A stretch of 31,353 nt of DNA from a virus, in IMG/VR virus record IMGVR_UViG_3300031920_000321, positions 1-31,353 of that record, one strand, 5' to 3'. The position numbers and the translations under genes were made by a program. The notes under the pieces were generated by a model, which worked only from the letters and a program-made list of their open reading frames with translations, was not told the DNA's origin and did not search any database. Positions 6,415-15,411 of this stretch are shown here, piece after piece (position 1 is the first letter of the stretch; every line of letters begins with the position of its first letter).

Positions 6415-8146
6415 TTGCTGCTAAAAATGCTTTTGTACCAAGATAAAATGGAATTTTATCTGATTCTATCAAAGAATTAAATTTATTTAGTGTTTTAGAA
6501 GAAAATGATTTGAAAGCAACAGAGTCATACACTTTTTTGCCAAGTACTAATTTAACTCCTCCGACTCCTAGCATTTCACCACCTAAGCCAAGTAACCATT
6601 CTGTTTGGCCAATTGCAGGTATTTCTTTACCAGTATTAATAGATTGTCTCATTGCAGGTAATGCTTCTGTCAGCACTGCTATTCTTGTAACTTTGTCTTT
6701 CATTTCTGGTAAAGCTTTTTTTGTTCTTTCAAACAATTCTTTAGCAACAAGAGACGGTATAGAAATATCGTCTTTAGTCCTTGCTATTACTTTATTTTCA
6801 ACTTCTCTACTAAGATTTAATGCTAATTTTAATGCTTCATTTCTTGAAATAGATTTTTGGCCAGGTTTAATATATTTATTAACAATTATATCAACACTCG
6901 ACCTAGTAAGTAATTTGTAATCTTTAATCAATGGATCATATTTTGTAGTAGTTTTTTCTAATTCTTTTATTGCAGTATTAAACACTGATTTTTTGAAAGT
7001 CTCTATTTGAATAGTAGAGCTTTTTTTATTTAATGCTTTTTCAAGAATTGGAGTTAATTTATTTATTTCTTTTACAAATTTTGTATTAACATTATCTGCA
7101 TTCCAAGCAAACATTCGCTGTTTTGCAACATCCATTGCAATAGGATGCTTTGCAATATCTTCTTTAGACCTTCTTAAAATATTAATCCATAATTTTTCTT
7201 GAGCTTTTGCACTAGCTGCTGATACTACTTTACTAATTGGTTTAGCCATCATGCTAAACATTGACAAACCAACAGGAAATGCAGCACCAACAATAGCAGC
7301 TTCTTTTGCTTCTTTTCCAATTTCTCCTTCTTTAATAGCAGTTATGCCACCAAAACGAATTCCTTCTTTTATTGCTTTTGATACAGTTGGTTTAGATAAT
7401 ATTTTTGTACCTTTAGCTATTATATTTAACACCTTTGGATCTGTTGAAGAAACAACCTTTTCTGCGGTGCTTATAGTTTTGCTTACTACTTTTTCTACTT
7501 TGCTAATTGTCTTTGGTTTTATAACTTTTTCTAGAAACGCTAATCCTTTAGAAGCTGTTTTTGCTTTTCCGCCTGGATATGGAATAAAGAACTCTGCTAT
7601 TTCTTCAACACCTTTACCAAATTTCTCTGCTTTATTTTCTGCTTTAAATGCATCAATAGATCTAAAGTATTCAGAAGCAGTTGGAGTTTTAGGAGCTGGT
7701 GTAATACCAACTTTACCTAATGCATAATTTATTACTCTTCCGACAGTTGCTTCTAAACCTTTTTGGCCAAGTGAAGAGATACCTGCTAAAGTTTCTGCTG
7801 ATCCTTTAGTTATTCCAAGACCTACTCCTTTAATAGTTTCAGGCACAGTTAATTTTTCTTCAGGAGGCTTAGATATTATAGTAGGACCAAATGCACCTTC
7901 AACTGGTTTACCAGTATCTGCATATAATTTTCTTCCTTGAACTGTAATAGTTTTTCTTTCAGGTTTAGTTTCTTCTAAAGTTTCTTTTTGTGTAATTACT
8001 TTATCTTCAGGCACTTTTTGCCTACCTCGATATGCCCTATGCTTTCGCATTAATAGTAATCCTACTTCTCTGTCAGATTTCCCTGAATATTCAGTGCTAT
8101 TTGGATATCTATTTTTGGCTAAATTACCTAATTGTTCTACATTCAT
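6386..8146 (-). CDS. Large virion-module protein of unknown function (586 aa; possible internal or ejection protein)
   Basis: Last gene of the minus-strand structural operon. Lys-rich with hydrophobic segments (AAIVGAAFPVGLSMFSMMA; LLGLGGEMLGVGGV). No family recognised. Confidence 0.55.
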   Translation of the reverse strand: MNVEQLGNLAKNRYPNSTEYSGKSDREVGLLLMRKHRAYRGRQKVPEDKVITQKETLEETKPERKTITVQGRKLYADTGKPVEGAFGPTIISKPPEEKLTVPETIKGVGLGITKGSAETLAGISSLGQKGLEATVGRVINYALGKVGITPAPKTPTASEYFRSIDAFKAENKAEKFGKGVEEIAEFFIPYPGGKAKTASKGLAFLEKVIKPKTISKVEKVVSKTISTAEKVVSSTDPKVLNIIAKGTKILSKPTVSKAIKEGIRFGGITAIKEGEIGKEAKEAAIVGAAFPVGLSMFSMMAKPISKVVSAASAKAQEKLWINILRRSKEDIAKHPIAMDVAKQRMFAWNADNVNTKFVKEINKLTPILEKALNKKSSTIQIETFKKSVFNTAIKELEKTTTKYDPLIKDYKLLTRSSVDIIVNKYIKPGQKSISRNEALKLALNLSREVENKVIARTKDDISIPSLVAKELFERTKKALPEMKDKVTRIAVLTEALPAMRQSINTGKEIPAIGQTEWLLGLGGEMLGVGGVKLVLGKKVYDSVAFKSFSSKTLNKFNSLIESDKIPFYLGTKAFLAATIDELIGEK

Positions 8147-8150
8147 AAAA

Positions 8151-10718
8151 TTAAGCTAATCGATTATAATTGGCAAATCCTGTCATTTTACTAATTGGTA
8201 TTGCATGAGTAAGAATTTTCTCATCCAATTTGTAATTACTATCTTTAACTGTGGCAATACCATCTTTAATTGAAAGAATTATTCCAACATGACCAGTATC
8301 TTTATACGGCATAGTAAATACCATTCCTGGTTCTGGTGTAGTAATAGATTTATCCATCTTTGCCATTTTTGAAGCATAACTATCTCCTACACCTAAACCT
8401 GTTATGCTGTTAACAAATCTACCACATTGACCTCCTTTTTCACCATCTTCTTTTCCTACTAATGCAATTAAGGCTGAATTTGTGTCGCCTTCAACATTAC
8501 TAAAATCAGATAAAGCAGATATTGCTCTATCAGTAATCATTTTAATAACTCCCATTTCTTTAATGAATGCTTCCTTTGACATATTATATCCAATTACTTT
8601 GCCCTGTTTATTCAATACAGCTGCTCCACCAATGGAAGTTGCTGCATTTTGAAGCATTATTCTTTCTTGATCAGATAATGCACCAAGGGTGCCACCTCTT
8701 GCTTTTAATGCTATGAGGGTATCCATAGTTTCTTTAGATAATACTTGTTGAACTTTCAATATAACATCTTGAGTAGTTCCAAGTATTGCATGAGAAGTAA
8801 ATCCTACTGTCGCAGTTACCCCTGTTCCTGTGATGTTCTTTACTTGATCATCTGCAATTATACTATCGATAACAATATTTTTATCTTGTAAAGCAGCGAT
8901 CATAGAAGCATCTTCAGTACTAACATCTCCACCTGCACCAACTTTAATATCATATGCACCAGTGTTTGTATTCCACATGAAGACATCTTCACCAATCTTT
9001 ACAGTTTTACCTATGTTTGGATCTGCTTCTGCTTCTTCTCCGAAATCAACTGGTAATGCATATATTGAACCATCTGGGAAAGTAATATAATTCTCTACTG
9101 GTAATGTAGCAGCTTCTTCTTCAGTAATTGCCACGAATCCATCAAGTGCAAGATCTCTGTGGAATTTTAACATTTCCATCAAATCATCTTTTTCATTTTC
9201 ATCTAATACTCCTTGAATTTCTAATGCTTTAATTTCTAATTCTGCTGCATCGTATGCATCTTGTGCAGTATCTTTAGCAAGTTGATGTGCTCTATCCCAA
9301 TTACCTTGTGCAATAGATTGACGTATTTCAAGATTTGTCATTTCAGTAATTCTTTGACCTTCAAGTTTAGATTGTTCTGCATCAATAACATGACCAGATG
9401 CTAATCTATTAGCTATTCTAGTTTTTTCACCAGAATAGAATTCTTTTCTGTCTTGGATAGTTGTTTCTATCTCTGTAATTTTATCTGATTTGCCTTCAAG
9501 ATCTAATTCTTCTGCAGCAGTATCAAATGCTTCTTTTTTAATACCTACCATTTCTTTTATCTTATCAATGATTGATTGAAAAGCAGATTTTTGTTCCGGA
9601 GTTCCATCAGGAATAATTGTATCAGCATCAGTTGTTTCTGCTGTCGGAGTATATGTTCCCTTTGCAGTTTCATCTGCCATTTCAGCTCTACCTGTTCTTT
9701 CAAACCAATCATTTAACCAAGTGTTAGCTTCTGTTCCTGCTTTATATGGATCTTGTCCAGGGAATAATTTTTCAACTTCAGTTTGTACATCAGTTCTAGT
9801 TCCATAATAATCTACTAGAGTACCTCCTTCTGGTGCAGTAGTTTCAACTGGCACTGTAGGTGTGAATGTCCCCTTAGCTGCTTCATCTGCCATTTCAGCT
9901 TGACCAGTAGTAGACCACCAATTTTTTAACCATTCATTAGCTTCAGTTCCTTGTTGCAATGGATCTTGTCCTGGGAATTCAGCAGATGCTGCTGCAACTA
10001 CATCAGGTCGAGTATTATAATAATCAACTAAATCATCACCTGTAATTACTGCAATATCTTCTTCAAGTGGAATTTGTTCAGCCATTTCCGTTGCACCTGT
10101 CCGATTCCACCAATCATTTAACCAACGATTTGCAGCAGTTCCTTGTTTGAAAGGATCTTGACCAGGAAATGCTTTTGTAATAACAGACTGAACATCGGGT
10201 CTTTTATTATATGCATCAATTACTGCATTACCTGTGATTGCTGGTGCTTCTCGAGTAGTTTCTGTTGCCCAACTAAAATCAGACCAATCTTTATCAGACC
10301 ATTGTGATTGAGGTTTAGTTTTAATTAATGTTTCAATATTCTTTTGCTGAGTTGCATCAAGATCAGTTCTAAATGCAGGTATTTCAGCAATACCATCTAC
10401 ACCGAAACGTTGACCTAGTCCTGTTAATTCAGGAACTGTAATATCAGGTGACAATGGTTCTGGTTTGACATCACTAATCAAAGATCTTTTTGGAATTACT
10501 GTAATTGGTAAATTGTCACCATCACCTAAATCAAGACTAGTCTTATCAGAAACAGACGACGGTTTTTGTACTGTTGCTGGAGCAGAAGCCTTCCAGCCAG
10601 ATGCAAGATATTCATTATATTGTTCTGCTGGAACTTCCTTTTGACTTCCTCTACTACTCCAAACCAATCTTTTTTTTGGATTCCAAGAAGGAGTTATTCC
10701 TCCTATTGTTGTAGCCAT
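8151..10718 (-). CDS. Virion-associated peptidoglycan hydrolase; 855-aa protein with a C-terminal CHAP domain and three internal ~55-60-aa repeats
   Basis: The last ~100 aa carry GGQCGRFVN ... DTGHVGIIL ... KDSNY, a CHAP-like Cys-His-polar arrangement (nt ~8154-8458). The repeats carry the consensus YY.TR.DV....FPGQDP...GT.AN.WL.DWW..TG.AEMA (residues ~165-358). The centre is coiled-coil. Confidence 0.75.
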   Translation of the reverse strand: MATTIGGITPSWNPKKRLVWSSRGSQKEVPAEQYNEYLASGWKASAPATVQKPSSVSDKTSLDLGDGDNLPITVIPKRSLISDVKPEPLSPDITVPELTGLGQRFGVDGIAEIPAFRTDLDATQQKNIETLIKTKPQSQWSDKDWSDFSWATETTREAPAITGNAVIDAYNKRPDVQSVITKAFPGQDPFKQGTAANRWLNDWWNRTGATEMAEQIPLEEDIAVITGDDLVDYYNTRPDVVAAASAEFPGQDPLQQGTEANEWLKNWWSTTGQAEMADEAAKGTFTPTVPVETTAPEGGTLVDYYGTRTDVQTEVEKLFPGQDPYKAGTEANTWLNDWFERTGRAEMADETAKGTYTPTAETTDADTIIPDGTPEQKSAFQSIIDKIKEMVGIKKEAFDTAAEELDLEGKSDKITEIETTIQDRKEFYSGEKTRIANRLASGHVIDAEQSKLEGQRITEMTNLEIRQSIAQGNWDRAHQLAKDTAQDAYDAAELEIKALEIQGVLDENEKDDLMEMLKFHRDLALDGFVAITEEEAATLPVENYITFPDGSIYALPVDFGEEAEADPNIGKTVKIGEDVFMWNTNTGAYDIKVGAGGDVSTEDASMIAALQDKNIVIDSIIADDQVKNITGTGVTATVGFTSHAILGTTQDVILKVQQVLSKETMDTLIALKARGGTLGALSDQERIMLQNAATSIGGAAVLNKQGKVIGYNMSKEAFIKEMGVIKMITDRAISALSDFSNVEGDTNSALIALVGKEDGEKGGQCGRFVNSITGLGVGDSYASKMAKMDKSITTPEPGMVFTMPYKDTGHVGIILSIKDGIATVKDSNYKLDEKILTHAIPISKMTGFANYNRLA

Positions 10719-10743
10719 ATATTTTTTAAGTTATTTATTTATA

Positions 10744-13700
10744 TTATATTGCTAATAAATTTTCTATTATTTCAAATCTTTCATCTGAAATATTTAATCT
10801 TTGTTCTAAAGTCTTAATATCTTTTTTATATTTATCAACAAGTTCTATCAACTCTTGGACAGCACTAACGGTTACACCAATTGTTCTTGTTAATTCTATG
10901 TCTTTTTCCCCAGTGTCTTTATCTGTCATTTTCATTTCATCAGGAAACTCATCTATTTCAAAGTAATGTCTTTTACCAGAATGATAATTCTTTCCTTCTT
11001 TTATTTTTGATTTCTTTATTTTTTTAAATATATCTATTCCTTTCTCAACAGTAGGCAATGCACAACCAAGATAATTATCTGAGTGGACTGCATACCATGC
11101 AATTCCTGTATATCCGAGTCGATATGTACTATCAGCAGTTGGTTGTAAGTCATCATTTATTCTAAAAACAGTTCCATCATGTCTAAAACTTTGAGATGTT
11201 CCATTCCAATAAATATATTGACCACTATCCATATAAAGATTTTGATCAAGATAAAGATGTCTCCACTTAAATGATGAATCGCCCAGGTCTTTTGCATTTG
11301 CAGCACTCGGCCTCCATTCTCCACCAACTACACCTCCTCCGTCTATATAAGATACTCCCGATAAATATATATTCCCAAACTTGTAAGAAGATGACCCTAA
11401 ATTGTAACCGTAACTCGTGCAATAATATGCGTCTGATTTAAAATAATGACTCGCTGTATTTGTATACATATACAGACCATCAGAAATTCCATACAAATAA
11501 TTCATCGTCCCGCCAGTCGGAGAATTGAAATAAAAAGTAGCAGTAGTTATTTGTATTCGTTCGTGATTACTACTATCATATACTCTTATAAAACCAGCTC
11601 CAACATACACCCTCGCACCTGAGGATGCAGTCTGATATAGTCCACCAGTAATCGTAACACCTGTAATTGACACACCGCTTATATCTCCACCATTTATTCT
11701 TGCAGCGTTCATAGTTCCTGCTGTAATTTTAGTAGCACTTAAACTTCCAATCTGTGCATCGGTGATTGTAGCATTCGCAATCTTCCCACTAGTAATTGTA
11801 AGATTAGATATTTGCGAAGCAGTAATTGTAAGATTTGCAATTTTGCTTGCTGTGATTGTTGTATTTGCTATATTTGTAGCTGTAATTGTGCTTGATGCAA
11901 TATCTGTACCAGTAATAGTAGCATTAGTGATATTTGTGCCAGTAATTGTACCTGAAGCTATTTGACTTCCTGTTATCGACGCTGATCCACTTATTTGAGT
12001 TGTAGTGATTGTTGCATTGGCTATCTGCGTAGCAGTTATTGTTGTGTTTGCTATATTAGATCCAGCTATCGTAGCAGAAGCAATTTGTGTGCCAGTAATT
12101 CCAGCAGTTGAACTTATTTGTGTTGTGGTTATAGATGCATTGGCTATTTCTGTTGCTGTTATAGTATTATTAACTATATTACTTGCTGCTATTGTTGTTG
12201 CGGCAATCTCTGTTCCAGTAATTGTGGCATTAGCTATTTGACCTGCTTGAATTGTATTATTTGCAATGTTGCTTCCTTCAATAGTAGTTGCAGCAATATT
12301 AGCACCTGTAATTGTTGCTGCTGCAATCTGGTCGCCACTAACATCTGTTGCATTCCAAATCAATTTATGAATACCTGCTGTATTTGTAGCAACTAAGACG
12401 TCTTCATTCGCTAAAGTAGGTAATGTTGCAGATTTTTGAAAAGTCGTTGTACTTAATGAAAAATCCCACCAAATATATTTTAAATTTGTATTGCTATTTG
12501 TTATTGTGTATGTAGTGCCATTATAATCAACAGTAACATCTGACCAAGCAACTGAACTACCGTCTGGTGAATCATCAGTAAATGTACCACTGATTACAAT
12601 AAGAGGTAATGATACTTTTCCAATAGTAATAGTGTTATTAGTAATGTTATCACCTGTGATAGTAGCAGAAGCAATTTCAGAACCTGTGATAGTAGCAGAA
12701 GCAATTTGAGTAGCAGTAATTGTATTATTGATAAGATTACCACCTGCAATAGTAGAATTTGCAATTAAAGCACCAGTTATCGCTGCTAATGCAATTTGAG
12801 TTGCACCAATAGTATTATTAACAAGATTTCCACCTGTTATAGTTGTATTAGCAATTTGTGAACCTACTATTCCAGCTGCATTAGCTAATTGACTACCAGT
12901 AATAGCAGCGGTGGCTGAAATATTTGTGGCAATAATAGTAGCATTTGCTATTTGTGTAGTAGTAATCGCACCATTTCCGATTTGCGTTGCGGTGATAGTT
13001 GCGTTTGCGATGTTTGCTGCTTCAATTGTAGTACCAGCTATTTGAGTCCCCGTGATGGTAGCATTTGCAATCTGACCTCCTGTAATTCCTGCTGTATTAC
13101 TTATTTGAGTAGCGGTAATTGTCGCATTGGTTATATTCCCAGCATCTATTGTCGTAGCAGCAATCTGTGCACCTGTAATGGTAGCGTTTACAATATTTCC
13201 AGCTTCTATAGTAGTAGCCCCGATATTGCTTCCTGCAATAGTAGCATTGGCAATCTGCGTTCCCGTAATACCAGCAGTGCCACTAATTTGAGCAGATGTT
13301 ATAGTTGCGTTTGCAATTTCTGTTGCTGTAATAGTCGCAGTTGCTATCTGTGAAGCTGTAATAGTAGAATTAACAATATTTCCTGCCTCTATTGTAGCAC
13401 TAGCGATATTAGATCCAGCAATAGTTGCATTAGCGATTTGAGTTCCTGTTATAGTAGCATTAGCTATTTCATTGGCTGTTATGGTCGCAGCAGTTATGTT
13501 TGTAGCTGTAATGGTTGCATTTGCAATTTGAGTACCAGTTATTGTAGCAGATGCAATTTCAGCTGCGGTAATTGTAGCACCTACTATATTATCATTAGTA
13601 ATTGTGTTATCTTCTATGTCATTACCAGTGACACTAACACCACCTTCATTTTGCATTACACTCCAAGAAGATGGAAGAATTAACTCATCCATCAAAGGTG

Positions 13701-13749
13701 CATCAACAATATCTTTCTTATATAATATATCAATCTTTACGTTTGCCAT
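10744..13749 (-). CDS. Tail fibre/spike protein (1001 aa) with two long pentapeptide-like repeat blocks and a C-terminal chaperone-like coiled coil
   Basis: Ile/Leu/Val occurs every fifth residue over residues ~46-376 and ~473-700 (units such as ATITG-TQIAN). A ~95-aa insert lies between the blocks. Fibre-type motifs LGSSSYKFGNIYL and DLGDSSFKWRHLYL follow. The C-terminal ~110 aa end in a heptad-like helix. Confidence 0.8.
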   Translation of the reverse strand: MANVKIDILYKKDIVDAPLMDELILPSSWSVMQNEGGVSVTGNDIEDNTITNDNIVGATITAAEIASATITGTQIANATITATNITAATITANEIANATITGTQIANATIAGSNIASATIEAGNIVNSTITASQIATATITATEIANATITSAQISGTAGITGTQIANATIAGSNIGATTIEAGNIVNATITGAQIAATTIDAGNITNATITATQISNTAGITGGQIANATITGTQIAGTTIEAANIANATITATQIGNGAITTTQIANATIIATNISATAAITGSQLANAAGIVGSQIANTTITGGNLVNNTIGATQIALAAITGALIANSTIAGGNLINNTITATQIASATITGSEIASATITGDNITNNTITIGKVSLPLIVISGTFTDDSPDGSSVAWSDVTVDYNGTTYTITNSNTNLKYIWWDFSLSTTTFQKSATLPTLANEDVLVATNTAGIHKLIWNATDVSGDQIAAATITGANIAATTIEGSNIANNTIQAGQIANATITGTEIAATTIAASNIVNNTITATEIANASITTTQISSTAGITGTQIASATIAGSNIANTTITATQIANATITTTQISGSASITGSQIASGTITGTNITNATITGTDIASSTITATNIANTTITASKIANLTITASQISNLTITSGKIANATITDAQIGSLSATKITAGTMNAARINGGDISGVSITGVTITGGLYQTASSGARVYVGAGFIRVYDSSNHERIQITTATFYFNSPTGGTMNYLYGISDGLYMYTNTASHYFKSDAYYCTSYGYNLGSSSYKFGNIYLSGVSYIDGGGVVGGEWRPSAANAKDLGDSSFKWRHLYLDQNLYMDSGQYIYWNGTSQSFRHDGTVFRINDDLQPTADSTYRLGYTGIAWYAVHSDNYLGCALPTVEKGIDIFKKIKKSKIKEGKNYHSGKRHYFEIDEFPDEMKMTDKDTGEKDIELTRTIGVTVSAVQELIELVDKYKKDIKTLEQRLNISDERFEIIENLLAI
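11650..13626 (-). repeat. Coding tandem repeats of period 15/30 nt (pentad repeats of the fibre), interrupted at 12334-12621
   Basis: Coordinates derived from residue numbering of the 1001-aa ORF. The repeats generate several spurious Cys/Ile-rich ORFs on the opposite strand. Confidence 0.8.
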
Positions 13750-13750
13750 A

Positions 13751-15226
13751 CTAGTTACTTAAATAATGACCGAATATTTTAATTTTTCTAACTTTTACTG
13801 TATTCGTAGTAGATCCATTTACATAATCATACTTCAATTTAAAATTATCACATTCTTTGTTTGGATAAAAACTTTTTCTAATGATTGTCGCACCATCTCC
13901 AGTATGAGATATTGTCCCAATAGAAGCAGAATTAGCAACTACAAGATCTGGTAAAATATTTATATCCATTCTTGCACCAGTTGACATTGGATAAATATCT
14001 ACAAGAATTTCACTAATCATTCCATGCTTATTACCTTTGGTTACATCAAACACTAATGAATATGCCTCTGAATTTACATCAAGACCAGATGCTTTAGCTA
14101 ATTGATATGCAGATGCTCCGTCATGTGAAGCAATCATCAATGTTCCAAAAGGATTTCCTAATCCACCAACTTCTGATAAACCTCCATCCATTAAATTGAA
14201 TAGCACTGGAGGAACTACTTTTTTGTTTAATGTACCCCATGAATATACTTTATGGTTTGAAATCCAATTAAGTATACCACCTTGTTTTGTTACTTGATAA
14301 TATAAAGGCATAGAACCTTCATAACTTTCTAATTCTTGAATCATATTACCATTAACATATCCTAATTTATATCCTCCGTCTGCATTTTCTTCTTGATACC
14401 ATACATATACTATACCATTATCTGCTAACAATGCTCCAATCCTTCCCTTGATTATAACATAACTTCCCCACGTTGTTGCTACTCCATTCCATGTATATAT
14501 TGCTGCTTCGTTAGAATTATTACCAGCAATCGCAGGATAATTAACTCCTATAAAATACCAATCGTTTGTTTTTGTTAAAGCTGCTACTTCTGAACCTGCC
14601 TTGAAATCAAGACCAGCATCTCCTGTACCAATATCTAAAGTTGTTCCATCATATGTTCCTACATATCTACCATTACCAAATGCTATCTTATCAGCAACAA
14701 TCATTGATGGATGAGGTGCATTATTTAATGATGCTGCACCAGCTGGTTGAGTGCTAAAGAAATCTACATCCATTGAGTTTGTAGCAACTGTAAGTTTTAA
14801 GCAATCTCCTGCATCGCCACTATGATTATAAAAACCATAAACATCTTCTTGATAAACAATAATACTTTCACCCAATTCTCCAGTAACTGCTGCCTTATCT
14901 ATTGTTTGAGGATAAGCAGTTGTTACCACTGAAGCTGCTTTAATTTTATAAAGTAAATTGCCACCTATTGCAAAAGCAACATCTGCTGAAGCAACCGTTG
15001 GTGTAATTCCTTTTATCAAAGTAGTAACTGAAGCAGAATTTGCTAATTTAGCAAGGCCTGGACCTTGTTGAAAACAATTTGGATCACTCATATCAATTGT
15101 CTTCATATCATTAAATTGATTTTTATTTCCTACAAAGACATTATCATTCTTATACCAAGCAGGAATAAAACCTCCGAATGGTGCGGAAATTTCTATATAA
15201 AATTCTTCTTTAGTTGGATTTGCCAT
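13751..15226 (-). CDS. Structural (tail/baseplate-like) protein of unknown family, 491 aa
   Basis: Long ORF in the structural module with beta-rich composition. Its stop lies 1 nt from the fibre start codon. Confidence 0.55.
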   Translation of the reverse strand: MANPTKEEFYIEISAPFGGFIPAWYKNDNVFVGNKNQFNDMKTIDMSDPNCFQQGPGLAKLANSASVTTLIKGITPTVASADVAFAIGGNLLYKIKAASVVTTAYPQTIDKAAVTGELGESIIVYQEDVYGFYNHSGDAGDCLKLTVATNSMDVDFFSTQPAGAASLNNAPHPSMIVADKIAFGNGRYVGTYDGTTLDIGTGDAGLDFKAGSEVAALTKTNDWYFIGVNYPAIAGNNSNEAAIYTWNGVATTWGSYVIIKGRIGALLADNGIVYVWYQEENADGGYKLGYVNGNMIQELESYEGSMPLYYQVTKQGGILNWISNHKVYSWGTLNKKVVPPVLFNLMDGGLSEVGGLGNPFGTLMIASHDGASAYQLAKASGLDVNSEAYSLVFDVTKGNKHGMISEILVDIYPMSTGARMDINILPDLVVANSASIGTISHTGDGATIIRKSFYPNKECDNFKLKYDYVNGSTTNTVKVRKIKIFGHYLSN

Positions 15227-15231
15227 AATTT

Positions 15232-15402
15232 TTAATTAACATTATCTAAAGTTTTTACTTTTATTTCATTAATATATGAAGTAGTTGGTTTAGTTTCTTT
15301 AGTGTGAGTAGTAGTCGGTTTAGTTTCATGAGTGTATATATAGGCAATCAAACTTTGCAACACACTGTTGAATTGAGTACCATTAAAATTTAAGTTATTC
15401 AT
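15232..15402 (-). CDS. Small hypothetical protein, 56 aa, with a tandem TKPTT repeat
   Basis: Codon-by-codon hand translation gives MNNLNFNGTQFNSVLQSLIAYIYTHETKPTTTHTKETKPTTSYINEIKVKTLDNVN. It exactly fills the 185-nt gap between two structural genes. Confidence 0.35.
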   Translation of the reverse strand: MNNLNFNGTQFNSVLQSLIAYIYTHETKPTTTHTKETKPTTSYINEIKVKTLDNVN

Positions 15403-15411
15403 ATCTATTAT

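Noticed and set aside
6510-7727. Plus-strand ORFs 6510..6920 and 7251..7727
   Set aside because: They are antisense to the 586-aa ORF and have a low-complexity Ser/Leu/Phe/Ile composition.
11650-13626. Regular short-period repeats that could suggest a CRISPR array or satellite DNA
   Set aside because: The period is 15/30 nt with no unique spacers. The region lies entirely within one long ORF whose translation is a coherent pentad repeat.
11762-13683. Five plus-strand ORFs (11762, 12005, 12118, 12952, 13438) rich in Cys/Ile/Val/Ser
   Set aside because: They are antisense-frame artefacts of the 15/30-nt periodic fibre repeats. The open frames follow from the biased repeat codons.
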